A DNA stretch of 64,000 bases. Origin: an uncultured Syntrophobacteraceae bacterium (lineage in GTDB: Bacteria > Desulfobacterota > Syntrophobacteria > Syntrophobacterales > Syntrophobacteraceae). A program made the translations under genes and the position numbers. Position 1 is the stretch's first letter. Each line of letters opens with the position of its first letter. Under the pieces are notes generated by a model. That model was not told the origin of the DNA. It saw only the letters and a program-made list of their open reading frames with translations, and did not search any database. The stretch spans positions 18,014 to 82,013 of the forward strand of contig CAZRWT010000002.1 in assembly GCA_964603955.1 (NCBI GenBank). Reading direction: 5' to 3'. Below, one piece after another: positions 1-10,292 of the stretch.

Positions 1-726
1 CTGGGCCAGGTGCGCCAGAATCCGGTCCCGACACACCATGAGCTTTTCCTTGGAGCAGAGCATTCCCGGAGCCTGACAGGTCACTACGGTTCGAGCTTTC
101 AGCATCGAGGAAAAACCGTATCTCTCGTGTACTGCGGCAAACCGGTGAAAGGAGTCATGTACCACGAGGGTCATGGGAATGGATCGAGTGTTTCCCGCAT
201 GAGTTACCAGGTCGTGAGTCAGGGTTCCCAGGCTTGAAGCCAGGCTCCAGGAAGCCTCCATGGTTTTTTCCATGAAAGCTCGCATGCCTTGAAGCCACGG
301 AGCCTGGGGAGAAAGGCTCCTGGGTTTGCGCGAGTTGAAGAAGGCGACATGAAAGGCTTCTTGCGGGAAATGCCCCCGTCCGAAAAGTATCCGGGGACAT
401 CCGAGCCCCTGGCCGTGTTCCGCCAAATCCTGGGGAGATGAAAAACGCGCCGCCCAAAAGCCTCCGAGCTTCCAACGATCCGGTTGCCCGGCTGCCCGGA
501 GGATCTGTGATCGAGAAAAACTCTTTTGCAGGGCGGTTTCCAGCCATTCTCGGATCATGGGAAAACCTTCCAAGGGTTCTTGCGATCCACTCACCAGGAG
601 AGAATGGTATTCCGGACCATTACGCCCGGGCAGCACGGAAAGGAGTGTCGCCAGGGCAAAGACCCTCGCCATGGTTTCGGGAGGCAGGAGATGCAGAACT
701 GTGGAGTTTTCGGTTTGGATACCCAT
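1..726 (-). CDS. hypothetical protein, 3'-partial (runs off window start); absent from supplied ORF track
   Basis: I checked every minus-strand codon in the frame with codon starts at p = 0 mod 3, from 726 to 1, and found no stop. The first ATG is at 726, with GAGG about 10 nt upstream; an alternative ATG is at 672. Translation MGIQTENSTVLHLLPPETMARVFALATLLSVLPGRNG...MTLVVHDSFHRFAAVHERYGF...RDRILAHLAQ looks protein-like. No family recognised. Confidence 0.4.
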   Translation of the reverse strand, partial: MGIQTENSTVLHLLPPETMARVFALATLLSVLPGRNGPEYHSLLVSGSQEPLEGFPMIREWLETALQKSFSRSQILRAAGQPDRWKLGGFWAARFSSPQDLAEHGQGLGCPRILFGRGHFPQEAFHVAFFNSRKPRSLSPQAPWLQGMRAFMEKTMEASWSLASSLGTLTHDLVTHAGNTRSIPMTLVVHDSFHRFAAVHERYGFSSMLKARTVVTCQAPGMLCSKEKLMVCRDRILAHLAQ

Positions 727-862
727 ATAAGGTTGACCTCGACATGGCCTTTGAGTATTTTCCTGCGGGTCTTGAGGGTGTGCTTGACCGTATGAAGCTT
801 ATGGAGAAGAGCCGCCTGAGTCAAGTTGATGTTGATCATGCTTTGAAAAAGGGAACAAACTT

Positions 863-1906
863 ATGAAATTGGGAATCATCGGCCTGGAGAGAAGCGGCAA
901 AACGACCATTTTCAATGCGCTCACGGGGCGCACGGGGGAGTCTGTCCCGCCGGGCGGACAGGTTGCTCCCGCCCTGGGTGTCGTCCCCGTGCCGGACGAT
1001 CGTGTGGATTGGCTGAGCGAACTCTACAAGCCCCAAAAAACCACCTACGCCCAGGTGACCTACCTGGACCTCCAAGGTCTTCCCGGCGGTGTCGAGAACA
1101 AACAGGAACACATCGCCCATCTTCTCAACCACATGAGGCCCATGGATGCCTTCCTCATGGTGGTGCGCAACTTTCACGATTCCATTTTGGGGCCACCCAG
1201 GGCAGCTGGGGATTTGAGCGACCTGGAAGACGAACTCATCCTGGCCGATCTCGCTACGGTGGAAAAACGCCTGGAAAAGCTTGCCATGGAGGAAAAACGC
1301 GGCAAAAAAATCACGGGAAACGAAAAGGAACTCCTCGAAAGTTGCCGGGAAGTACTCGATGCGGGACAACCCCTCAAATCCAGGCCGGAACTGGCCTCGG
1401 CTCCGGAACTACGTGGCTTCACCTTCCTTTCGGGCAAGCCCGCCCTGGTGATTTTCAACAACGAGGATGAAGATGATCGCATGCCCGAAGGCCCTTGTCC
1501 TCCCCAAAACACTATGGTGGTGCGCGGGAAGCTGGAAATGGAAATGGCCCAGCTGTCGGAAGAAGAAGTACTGGAGTTTCGAAAAGACTTCGGCATCGGG
1601 GAATCGGCCTTGAACCGTGTCATCGAGCGGTCCTTCCAGTTACTCCGCCTGGCTTCTTTTTTTACTGTGGGGGAAGATGAAGTGAAGGCCTGGACCATCC
1701 CCAGGGATACCCCGGCCCTCCAGGCGGCGGGTTGCATCCATTCGGATATCCAGAGGGGCTTCATCCGAGCCGAAATAGTGGCCTACGGCGACCTGTATGC
1801 CGCCGGCGACTACGCTGCGGCCAGAAAGCAGGGAACCGTACGCCTGGAAGGAAAACACTACCCGGTGCAGGACGGCGACGTGATCCATTTCCGTTTCAAT
1901 GTGTGA
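863..1906 (+). CDS. ychF: YchF/OLA1-family GTP/ATP-binding protein with C-terminal TGS (DUF933) domain
   Basis: N-terminal P-loop GLERSGKTTIFNALTG. C-terminal FFTVGEDEVKAWTI...GFIRAEIV...GDVIHFRFNV is typical of YchF. Confidence 0.85.
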   Translation: MKLGIIGLERSGKTTIFNALTGRTGESVPPGGQVAPALGVVPVPDDRVDWLSELYKPQKTTYAQVTYLDLQGLPGGVENKQEHIAHLLNHMRPMDAFLMVVRNFHDSILGPPRAAGDLSDLEDELILADLATVEKRLEKLAMEEKRGKKITGNEKELLESCREVLDAGQPLKSRPELASAPELRGFTFLSGKPALVIFNNEDEDDRMPEGPCPPQNTMVVRGKLEMEMAQLSEEEVLEFRKDFGIGESALNRVIERSFQLLRLASFFTVGEDEVKAWTIPRDTPALQAAGCIHSDIQRGFIRAEIVAYGDLYAAGDYAAARKQGTVRLEGKHYPVQDGDVIHFRFNV

Positions 1907-1961
1907 TCCCACTTTAAAAGCAGGGGCGGGAATTCCCATCCCCTTCAGAGGATTGGGAGTA

Positions 1962-3695
1962 TCACTGCCCGGAAGCTTTTGCATCCTGCCCCCGCTCCAG
2001 GAGTTCCACCGCATGAGCCCGGGTTTTTTCCGATATGGAGATCCCTCCCAACATGCGGGCCAGCTCCTCGATCCTCTCCCCTCTCGACAGGCTTCGAATG
2101 AGAGTCACCGTTTCTTCTCCCTTGAGTTCCTTGGTCACCTTGTAGTGGTGGTCTCCATGGGAGGCGATGGTGGGCATGTGCGTGATGCATACCACCTGGT
2201 GCTTTTGTGAAAGCTCTTTGAGCTGAAGGCCCACCAACTCGGCGGTTCTCCCCCCGATTCCCGTGTCCACTTCGTCGAAGATGAGGGTTTCCGCCTCACC
2301 CGAGCGGCTCAGGAGGCTCTTGACGGCCAGCAGGATACGGGAAAGCTCGCCCCCCGAGGCGACCTTCGCCAGGGGCTTCAGATCCTCTCCCGGATTGGCC
2401 GAGAGCAAGAACTGAAGCCGGTCGATACCCGTAGGACTGAAACGGGATTCGGTAATTTCAGCTCCGGGATCGGAGGGCTCTTCGAAACTCACGGAAAAGC
2501 GCGCCTTGCCCATATCCAGACACGTCAAGGTCTTTTGAACGGCCTGCGAGAGAAGCCCGGCGGTTTTTCGGCGCTGTCGGGAAAGCACGCCCGCCTTGCC
2601 GTTGTAGTCCGCACCGAGGGCGGCCAGCCTCTTTTCCAGCTCCGACTCCCGCTCCTGGGAGCCCTCTTCCTGAAGCAGGGAACCTTCGAGTTTTTTTTGA
2701 TGCTCGATCATGGCTTCCACAGTGCCCCCGTATTTCTTTCCCATACGGTGGAGCAGGGCCAGCCGATCCTCGATTTGGGCCAGCCGTGCCGGATCGAAAG
2801 AGACCCCCTGCCCGTATTGGTGAACGGCGTGGGCAAGCTCTTCCAGGTGGATGCGGGCCTGTTCCAGGTGCGTGTCGAGGGGAGCAAGGGATGCGTCTAT
2901 ACTTTGTAGGGTTTTCAGTTCCTTTTCCACGTTGGAGAGCTGTTCGAGGATGGCTCCCTTGCCCGCGTAGAGCAGCTGATGGGCTCCGCGTGAAGCTTCC
3001 GAAAGGGTGGCTGCGTGGCGCAGGAGATTTTTTTCCTTTTGCAGTTCGATGTCTTCATCGGGGATGAGCCTTGCCGTCTCGAGTTCATTGAGTTGAAAGC
3101 GCAGCCAGTCCATGCGATCGGCCTGTTCCGCACGGTCCTTGCGCAGCTTGCGGAGCGATTCCCGGCAGCGGGACCAGGCTTCGAAGGCTTCCCGCACTCC
3201 TTCCACCAGGGAATCGAGTTCCCCGAAGGTGTCCAGGAGGCCCACATGCACTTCCGGGTCCAGGAGGAGTTGGTGTTCGTGCTGGCCGGAAATGGAAATG
3301 AGTCCCCGGGACATCTGCTGGAGTTGCTGGAGGGTGATGGACTGGTCGCACAAGAAAATACGGTTGCGACCGTTGCGATGGATGACGCGGCGAATGACGA
3401 TCTCACTTCCATGGTATTCCAGCTCCCACCGGCGAAGCTTTTCCAGCAGGGAATGCTTTTCTCCAAGCTGGAACACCGCTTCCACCACGGCTTCCTTCGA
3501 TCCGGTGCGGATCATCTCCTGGGAAGCCCGGCTTCCCAGGATGAGGTTGACCGCCCCCACGATGATGGACTTTCCCGCACCCGTCTCGCCGGATAAAATA
3601 TTGAGACCGTCCTGCAAGACAACATTCAGGTCTCGGATAATGGCAAAATTGTGGACCGTAAGCTCACTGAGCACCAGAGGGCTCCTCCTGTTCAT
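1962..3695 (-). CDS. recN: DNA repair protein RecN
   Basis: N-terminus LTVHNFAIIRDLNVVLQDGLNILSGETGAGKSIIVGAV (Walker A). Long coiled-coil middle region. C-terminal SGGELSRILLAVK...LIFDEVDTGIGG (SMC signature and Walker B). Confidence 0.95.
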   Translation of the reverse strand: MNRRSPLVLSELTVHNFAIIRDLNVVLQDGLNILSGETGAGKSIIVGAVNLILGSRASQEMIRTGSKEAVVEAVFQLGEKHSLLEKLRRWELEYHGSEIVIRRVIHRNGRNRIFLCDQSITLQQLQQMSRGLISISGQHEHQLLLDPEVHVGLLDTFGELDSLVEGVREAFEAWSRCRESLRKLRKDRAEQADRMDWLRFQLNELETARLIPDEDIELQKEKNLLRHAATLSEASRGAHQLLYAGKGAILEQLSNVEKELKTLQSIDASLAPLDTHLEQARIHLEELAHAVHQYGQGVSFDPARLAQIEDRLALLHRMGKKYGGTVEAMIEHQKKLEGSLLQEEGSQERESELEKRLAALGADYNGKAGVLSRQRRKTAGLLSQAVQKTLTCLDMGKARFSVSFEEPSDPGAEITESRFSPTGIDRLQFLLSANPGEDLKPLAKVASGGELSRILLAVKSLLSRSGEAETLIFDEVDTGIGGRTAELVGLQLKELSQKHQVVCITHMPTIASHGDHHYKVTKELKGEETVTLIRSLSRGERIEELARMLGGISISEKTRAHAVELLERGQDAKASGQ

Positions 3696-4048
3696 TGCTC
3701 TTCAATCTATAGAAATCCTCAATGAATGCACCATGGTAGCATGAAACGGCAAAAATAAAAGAAAACATTTGAGCAGGGATAAAGCAAGCTGTCCATTATT
3801 TGTTGACTTTCAAGGTGCCGAACAGCCAAAAAAGTTTGGCTTTTCATCGAGGTCTTTGCTAACTTTACACTCTTGGCTTTGTGAAAACGCACGCTCGTGA
3901 AAGCAGCTTCACAGGCAGGGTAAGAGGCCGGACAAGCGGTTTCTTTAAGCTACAATTATCGGGCACTGTTCCACACTTATGGATTCCGAGCTTTCAACAT
4001 GCCAGGAAGGACATCAAACAGGAAGTGCATCAATAGAGGTTTGGAAGT

Positions 4049-6715
4049 ATGAAGCAGTGGTGGCGGAAAATCAGGAACAAAATCAAGTTTACCGGAAATC
4101 GGGATCCTTATGGTTATTCCCTGGATGTTAAACCGAAGGTGACTTTTCAGCGGTGGTTCGAGAAGCTCGTGGCCAAGATTTCCGTGCCCGAGGACCAACA
4201 GCGGCATCTGGAAGAACTTTCCCGCAAGGGATCCATCATCTATGCGATCAAGTACCGATCTCAACTGGACTACGTGTGCGCGTCCCTGAAGCTCCATCAG
4301 TTGGGAATTCCCAATGCGTCCTTCACCTTCGAGGTGAAGCCCTATTTCTGGCTTCCCAGGTGGCAGGCCTTCAAGCTGATCCTCTACCACTCCTGGCATC
4401 TCATTCGCCGCGGTTGCTTCCCCAATCCCTACGATGACGGCTACTATCACAGGAAAATCGAGGAGGGTGAATCGGGGCTGTTTTTCCTGCTCGGCAAGAA
4501 AGGATACTATAAGCGAGCGGTGCTGGTGGGTAACGATCCCATCGAACACCTGGTCGAATATCAAAAAGAGAGTTCCCGGCCCATCTTCCTGGTTCCTCTG
4601 GTGATTCTCTATCGGCGGCATCCCGGAAAGGAACGGGGCAACGGCTTTCGCCCCCTGGCAGGCCCTGCCGACCGGTTGAGCGGTATACGCAAGTTCTTTT
4701 ATTTTGTGGGAGGGTACTCGCATGCGGTGCTCGAGGTGGGCGAGGAGGTGAACCTACAGGAAGTTCTTCCGGAGCTTTCCGAAAAAACCGACGAAAAGCG
4801 CAAGCAGATTTTTACGCTGCGGAGGGATCTGATCGAGTCGGGAGAAAAAATTCGAAGAGCCATTGTGGGTCCCACCATCAAAGGGTCTCTCGAACTCAAG
4901 GAAATCATCCTCCACCACCCGCGACTGGAAGCATTCATGCGGCGCCGGGCACGTTCGAGCAACGTGGAAATATGGAAAGTGCGCAAGGAAGCCGACGGCT
5001 ATCTCGATGAAATCGCCGCCGGCTACAACCACACCGTTGTGGAAGTAGGGGCACGTTTTCTCACCTGGATATGGAACAATCTTTTCGACGGTATCGATGT
5101 GGATCAGGAATCCTTGCAGAGAGTCAAGAAAGTGGCTCGCGACAAGACGCTCGTGTACATCCCCTGTCACAAGAGTCACATCGATTATCTGATTTTGTCC
5201 TACATTTTGTTCCAGAACAACCTGTTCACCCCCTTTGTCGCGGCGGGAAGGAATCTGGCTTTCTGGCCGTTGGGGCCCATCTTCAGGCGCTGCGGAGCCT
5301 TCTTCATCCGCAGAAGCTTTAAGGGAGCTAAGTTCTACGCGGAAATCTTCTCCCTTTATGTGAAGACCATGGTGCAGCTGGGTCACAACATCGAATTTTT
5401 CATCGAGGGAGGACGAAGCCGCACGGGGAAAATGGTGCTCCCCAAGATGGGACTCCTGGCCATTCTCATACAGGCTGTGGAGGACGGTTTCTGTGACGAA
5501 CTGGTATTTGTGCCCACGTCCATCTGCTATGATCGTATTCCCGAAGAGGAATCCTACATGAAGGAGATCACCGGGGGGAGCAAGGTGGACGAAAACATCG
5601 GCCAGTTGGTTAAGGCCAGGAAATTTCTCAAGAAGCGCTATGGACGGGTTTACGTGCAGTTCGCCCAGCCCCTTTCCTTGCAACGTCACCTGGAGCGGTA
5701 TCGCACCGTCGATGGCAAAATGCGCCCTCGCGACCGCCACGCCATGTACCGGGACTTTGCCTATCGCATCATCAACAGTATCAACCAGTCCTCCCTGGTG
5801 ACGCCCCATGCCCTGGCGGCTTCGGCACTCCTGTGGTCTCCCCAGAAGGGGGTGTCCATGGCCGAATTCAACGAGGTCAGCCAGACGTTCCGTGAGTACC
5901 TGACCCTCCGTGGAGTGAGGTTTTCCAATACCTTGCGCCACTACGAAAAGTGCATGGAGGAAACCCTGACGGACCTGGAAAAGGGCAAGCTAGTCGGCAA
6001 GCTCAAGGACGACGACGACGACCTCGAAGAGGAGGTCTTCACCATGGACGACAACAAGCGGCTCATGCTCGAATACTACAAAAACAACATCCTCCATTTC
6101 CTTCTGCCTGCGGCTTTCGTTTCCACTTCCATCCTGGCCCAGGAAGCTTTCCAGTTCAGCCTGGCCAGGGTTACGGAAGATGTGGACTTCATGACGAATT
6201 TTTTCAAATATGAGTTCGTTTACGACAACCAGGTTCCCCCGGAAAAGCTCATCGACGATGTGCTCCAAAGCTTTGAATCCCTGGGATGGGTCCGGCGCGT
6301 GGGGGCCGATGACCAGCCTTACCAGTTGAATTCAAGGGGATTGCGAGCGGCTCATTTTTTCCATGGGCTCATTCGCAATTACCTGGAAGGTTACTGGCTG
6401 GTTTTGAGGGCTCTGAAGTACTTGCAGAAAAAACCCTACAACGAGCGAGATTTCCTGAAAAAAGTGCTCGGTCTGGGAAACAAGGCTCTCAAACTGCAAC
6501 TCATCGAACGTCCCGAAGCCGTTTCCAAGATCATCTTCACCAATGCCGTCAAATATTATGTGGAAAAGGGAGCCATGGGCAAAAAGCAGGACGACTCCCA
6601 GGGAAAGGACAAGGAGGTGGATGTTTACGTGGATGCTGGAAATCGAGTCCTGGTACAACATTTCAGCAAGGAAATCAGTCGTTTCATGAGGCTGCCGCAT
6701 TTCACTCTGCAATGA
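4049..6715 (+). CDS. plsB: glycerol-3-phosphate 1-O-acyltransferase (PlsB-type)
   Basis: 888 aa. Acyltransferase motifs HKSHIDYLILSY (HX4D), FFIRRSF and FIEGGRSRTGK. Size and layout match PlsB. Confidence 0.85.
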   Translation: MKQWWRKIRNKIKFTGNRDPYGYSLDVKPKVTFQRWFEKLVAKISVPEDQQRHLEELSRKGSIIYAIKYRSQLDYVCASLKLHQLGIPNASFTFEVKPYFWLPRWQAFKLILYHSWHLIRRGCFPNPYDDGYYHRKIEEGESGLFFLLGKKGYYKRAVLVGNDPIEHLVEYQKESSRPIFLVPLVILYRRHPGKERGNGFRPLAGPADRLSGIRKFFYFVGGYSHAVLEVGEEVNLQEVLPELSEKTDEKRKQIFTLRRDLIESGEKIRRAIVGPTIKGSLELKEIILHHPRLEAFMRRRARSSNVEIWKVRKEADGYLDEIAAGYNHTVVEVGARFLTWIWNNLFDGIDVDQESLQRVKKVARDKTLVYIPCHKSHIDYLILSYILFQNNLFTPFVAAGRNLAFWPLGPIFRRCGAFFIRRSFKGAKFYAEIFSLYVKTMVQLGHNIEFFIEGGRSRTGKMVLPKMGLLAILIQAVEDGFCDELVFVPTSICYDRIPEEESYMKEITGGSKVDENIGQLVKARKFLKKRYGRVYVQFAQPLSLQRHLERYRTVDGKMRPRDRHAMYRDFAYRIINSINQSSLVTPHALAASALLWSPQKGVSMAEFNEVSQTFREYLTLRGVRFSNTLRHYEKCMEETLTDLEKGKLVGKLKDDDDDLEEEVFTMDDNKRLMLEYYKNNILHFLLPAAFVSTSILAQEAFQFSLARVTEDVDFMTNFFKYEFVYDNQVPPEKLIDDVLQSFESLGWVRRVGADDQPYQLNSRGLRAAHFFHGLIRNYLEGYWLVLRALKYLQKKPYNERDFLKKVLGLGNKALKLQLIERPEAVSKIIFTNAVKYYVEKGAMGKKQDDSQGKDKEVDVYVDAGNRVLVQHFSKEISRFMRLPHFTLQ

Positions 6716-6834
6716 TTGGGTGACGACTCGAGTGGGAATGTAACCGTCGTCCGTGGGTGGATCATGGCGGGCGCTCGAGCCCGGCATTGTAAAGGGCGTT
6801 TGATGTCAGTAAAGACAGACCAGGGAGAAAGTGT

Positions 6835-7911
6835 ATGAAAATCAGTATTGAGCCGGTGGACCCCGCCAGGCGGCGTCCAAAACCGGAAGACGAAACGAAA
6901 CTCGTCTTTGGCAGAACATTCAGCGATCACATGTTCATGATGGATTACTTCGAAGGGCGGGGCTGGGTGGAACCGAGAGTCGTTCCCCACCAGAGTCTCA
7001 TCATGGACCCGGCGGCCATGGTCCTGCACTACGGGCAGGGCATCTTCGAGGGACTCAAAGCCTACCGCACCCAAAGCGGCAAGGTCAATCTCTTCCGACC
7101 GCGCTCCAACTGGGAACGGCTAAATCGCTCGACCGCCCGCATGTGCATGCCTCAAGTGGATGTGGATTTTCAATTCGAGATCATCGAAGCCCTTTTGAAA
7201 ATAGATCAGGATTGGATTCCTCACACCATGGGGTCCTCCTTGTACATTCGGCCCACCGTGATCGCCAATGAACCCCACCTGGGCGTACGGCCCGCACGCC
7301 AATACCTTTATTTCATCATAATGGGGCCCGTAGCCGCCTACTATGCGGAGGGTTTCAATCCCGTGAGCATCTATGTCGCGGGCGAACATGTGCGAGCCGT
7401 GAGGGGCGGCGTGGGAGAAGCCAAAACCATGGGCAATTACGCCGCCAGCCTTTACGCGGCGGAAATAGCCAAGAAAAAAGGCTTCACTCAGGTGCTCTGG
7501 CTCGATGCAGTGGAAAGAAAATACGTGGAAGAAGTGGGCACCATGAACATTTTCTTCCGCATCAAAGGCGAGCTGGTGACCCCCCCTCTCAATGGATCGA
7601 TCCTTCCTGGAATCACCAGGGATTCGGTCATACAGTTGGCCCGCCACTGGGAAATCCCAGTGGTCGAGCGGCCCGTGAGCATCGATGAAGTGGTGGACAC
7701 CATCGAATCGGGAGATATGAAGGAAGTTTTCGGCACGGGCACCGCCGCAGTCGTTTCTCCCGTGAAGTCTATTTCCTACAAGGACAAAAACTATAAAGTT
7801 CAAAATGGCGAAGTGGGAGAATGGGCGCAGAAGCTACATGATGAAATCGTCGGCATTCAATATGGTACGAAGGAAGACCCCTTCGGCTGGATATATGAGG
7901 TCAAGTTGTAG
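6835..7911 (+). CDS. ilvE: branched-chain amino acid aminotransferase (class IV)
   Basis: 358 aa. Motifs FEGLKAYR, GEAKTMGNYAASL, EEVGTMNIFF and LPGITRD are typical of long-form IlvE. RBS GGGAGAAAG upstream. Confidence 0.9.
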   Translation: MKISIEPVDPARRRPKPEDETKLVFGRTFSDHMFMMDYFEGRGWVEPRVVPHQSLIMDPAAMVLHYGQGIFEGLKAYRTQSGKVNLFRPRSNWERLNRSTARMCMPQVDVDFQFEIIEALLKIDQDWIPHTMGSSLYIRPTVIANEPHLGVRPARQYLYFIIMGPVAAYYAEGFNPVSIYVAGEHVRAVRGGVGEAKTMGNYAASLYAAEIAKKKGFTQVLWLDAVERKYVEEVGTMNIFFRIKGELVTPPLNGSILPGITRDSVIQLARHWEIPVVERPVSIDEVVDTIESGDMKEVFGTGTAAVVSPVKSISYKDKNYKVQNGEVGEWAQKLHDEIVGIQYGTKEDPFGWIYEVKL

Positions 7912-8091
7912 GAACCTGCCGGATAGGCGGGGACATGGCATTGTCGCTGGAGAGTCTTCAAGGCGGGGGGCTTGAATTTCGTCCATTCGAAGGTTAAATA
8001 TGATTTGAAGTCGACGATGAGTCGCCTTCTACCAACCCCTCCCGGCCTCGTTCAGAATTCCCCCCCTCCTGCTGAACGAGGCCATTCTTTT

Positions 8092-8583
8092 TTATTTCTT
8101 TTTTCGTTGGGCCGTGTATTCGTTGAGGGCTTTCTCCCACTGCTGCATGAAATGGTCGAAATAGTCCTGGGTGTAACCGTCCACAAAATCTTGTCCGGGC
8201 TCGCTCAAGGCCGTGTAACGGTAGGTTGCTTCAAGATCCGTTCCCTGGTCTTCGTTGGTTTTGAGGCACAAGCTGATTTTGCCGATGGTCATGCCCGGCG
8301 TCACCTTGACCAGTTCGATGCACATGTTACGTCGGTCATGCCGGGTGGTGATCCAGTAGGATTCGGGCTCTTGTTCGCCCGTCAGAAAAATGCAGTCGGG
8401 CTCTATGAGGCCGCTATGGGTATAAACCACGAGGGGGTTCCAGCCGGGTACCCACTCGAGTTCCCTCACGGGGCACAGAAGAGGAAAAACCTCTTCCGGG
8501 GCGGCGTTGATCTTTTGTGTATATGACCTGACCACGGTTACCGGTTCAGCTACTTCCATGATGCTTGTTTCCTTTCCATGCAA
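8092..8583 (-). CDS. SRPBCC (START/polyketide-cyclase-like) family protein
   Basis: 163 aa. Pattern INAAPEEVFPLLCPVRELEWVPGW is typical of SRPBCC/DUF1857-like small proteins. Weak, motif-level call. Confidence 0.55.
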   Translation of the reverse strand: MHGKETSIMEVAEPVTVVRSYTQKINAAPEEVFPLLCPVRELEWVPGWNPLVVYTHSGLIEPDCIFLTGEQEPESYWITTRHDRRNMCIELVKVTPGMTIGKISLCLKTNEDQGTDLEATYRYTALSEPGQDFVDGYTQDYFDHFMQQWEKALNEYTAQRKKK

Positions 8584-8628
8584 TGTTTGGGTTCAAAGTT
8601 TCGTTCCACTGCAAACTTTCTCTCATTT

Positions 8629-8838
8629 TTATTCATTATTTTTATATTCAAGAATCTCCCCCGGTTGACATTCAAGGTGTTTACAAATCGCGTCCAAGGT
8701 GGAAATGCGAATGGCCTTTGCCTTTCCTGTTTTCAGAATGGACAAGTTTTGCTCCGTGATTCCGATCAGCTTGGCAAGCTCGATGGATTTCATTTTGCGC
8801 TTTGCCAAAACCACATCCAAATTTATAATAATCGGCAT
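8629..8838 (-). CDS. XRE-family HTH transcriptional regulator (YozG-like)
   Basis: Internal start MPIIINLDVVLAKRKMKSIELAKLIGITEQNLSILKTGKAKAIRISTLDAICKHLECQPGEILEY, about 69 aa. This is the classic YozG-type HTH. It lies immediately downstream of a DUF2975-like membrane gene, which is the usual pairing. Confidence 0.8.
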   Translation of the reverse strand: MPIIINLDVVLAKRKMKSIELAKLIGITEQNLSILKTGKAKAIRISTLDAICKHLECQPGEILEYKNNE

Positions 8839-8851
8839 GCTGACTCCATGC

Positions 8852-9394
8852 TCAAATGGTGAGTTCATTTTCTTCGGACAATACCCTGGCCTCATCCATT
8901 ATCCATGCGATAATAAAAACAATACCACCGACCAAGAGTGAAGTGATCTCCGCAGTGCCGAAACCAACCTCCAAAACTCTGCTTCCGGGAGGATTTCCCA
9001 AGGAAAACAAAACACTTTTTGCCGATTCATAGATGATTGACAGGAAAACCCATAATACGAGAGCTTTCGCGGTATTTTTAAATATGATGACATGCTCGAT
9101 AGAAAATATGATGCCTTCCTTGTAAAAGGAAAAAAGCTTTCTGATGTTTAGAAGTCCAAGGGTCAATACGGCAAGGGGAAGCAAACTTATTGTAAAACCA
9201 ACAAGTTGCAGCTCAGCTGACAATTTGTGAGGAATCAATGCATTTGAGGAAATGTTTACGGCTATTATTTGGGCAGGTAAGTGATTGATAAAAGCCCAAT
9301 AAACAGCATAGTATACCGGGAGCGCTACAATCAAAAAGGAAATCAAAAAATAAAAATTTTTACTGAATTTTTTAATTTTGAACAGGTTGTCCAT
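8852..9394 (-). CDS. DUF2975-like multi-pass membrane protein
   Basis: 180 aa, about 4-5 hydrophobic segments, AT-rich codon usage. Conserved pairing with a YozG-like HTH. Confidence 0.6.
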   Translation of the reverse strand: MDNLFKIKKFSKNFYFLISFLIVALPVYYAVYWAFINHLPAQIIAVNISSNALIPHKLSAELQLVGFTISLLPLAVLTLGLLNIRKLFSFYKEGIIFSIEHVIIFKNTAKALVLWVFLSIIYESAKSVLFSLGNPPGSRVLEVGFGTAEITSLLVGGIVFIIAWIMDEARVLSEENELTI

Positions 9395-9572
9395 GCCGGT
9401 CTCCTCCTTTGTACATTTTTAAATCGCTCATAAAGGTCTTATTCCGCCGCTTGCCGTGTATCATTCAGCATCTTCCGTGTGCTCAACACTCGGCATGCAG
9501 CGCGCCGCAAGTGAGTTCGTTGAAGGAATAGATATTTTAAAAATAAATGTTTGTCAATTATTTTTTGTTGTT

Positions 9573-9594
9573 TTGCAATAATTTTTTATTGCAA
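9573..9594. promoter_or_regulatory. perfect inverted repeat TTGCAATAA-N4-TTATTGCAA in the divergent nrfH / DUF2975 intergenic region
   Basis: Read directly: ttgcaataa tttt ttattgcaa, with 9-bp perfect arms. It lies about 190 nt upstream of nrfH in an AT-rich promoter region. Confidence 0.4.
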
Positions 9595-9785
9595 ATACGG
9601 GGTCCACAAAAAACAGCGACAAAACCTTGTCTCCATCGCGGCTCCCTTTTGAACCACCTTCTTCATTGACAAAAAAAGTCTTCTCATTCATTATTTTTTC
9701 GAACTAAAAAGAAAAATGACAGCATGTTTTTCCCGTTGCACGAAGGCCGTTTCTCTATTTACATTTTGGCTGAGGTGCCGAGGCG

Positions 9786-10241
9786 ATGAAAACCCAAAAA
9801 TGGTCAATCCTTGCAGGAATCTTTGTACTGGCAGTGATCGGAGGCATTTTCATAAGCTTCGGTCCGCCTCAGCTCATGGCCAGGACGGAAACCCCCGAAT
9901 TCTGTGCTTCGTGCCACGTCATGCAATCTCAGTATGATGCATGGTTTCAGGTGGGTGCTCACCGCACCATCAGATGCGTCGATTGCCACCTTCCCCATGA
10001 AAATTCGGCCGCTTATTACATCTGGAAGTCCATCGACGGAATCAAGGATATGGTGGTGTTCCATTCGGGTAGAACTCCTGAATTCATTCGCATTTCCAGC
10101 CGGCAGGAGGGGGTTGTGCAGTCCAACTGCATTCGGTGTCATGACGCTCGAGTGAGTCAAATCGACAATGATCGCCATTGCTGGAGCTGCCACAGAGGCC
10201 TGCAGCATGGCCAGGCAGGTGTTCGGCTCACAAGCTGGTGA
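9786..10241 (+). CDS. nrfH: cytochrome c nitrite reductase small subunit NrfH (NapC/NirT tetraheme family)
   Basis: N-terminal TM helix plus four CXXCH motifs (CASCH, CVDCH, CIRCH, CWSCH). Directly upstream of nrfA. Confidence 0.9.
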   Translation: MKTQKWSILAGIFVLAVIGGIFISFGPPQLMARTETPEFCASCHVMQSQYDAWFQVGAHRTIRCVDCHLPHENSAAYYIWKSIDGIKDMVVFHSGRTPEFIRISSRQEGVVQSNCIRCHDARVSQIDNDRHCWSCHRGLQHGQAGVRLTSW

Positions 10242-10292
10242 CCCGGTAAGGTGAGCGAATGATCAAAAAACACGGAAAAACAGGAGCTGGAA

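Noticed and set aside
438-866. Track ORFs 438..866 (+), 526..795 (+), 155..547 (-) and 591..839 (-) at the window start
   Set aside because: They overlap the better-supported unlisted minus-strand frame 1..726 and have low-complexity, non-protein-like translations. ORF 438..866 would also run into the ychF start.
7972-8526. 184-aa plus-strand ORF overlapping the SRPBCC gene
   Set aside because: It is antisense to the ORF with a START-like pattern, it requires a non-ATG start, and its translation is hydrophobic and low-complexity.
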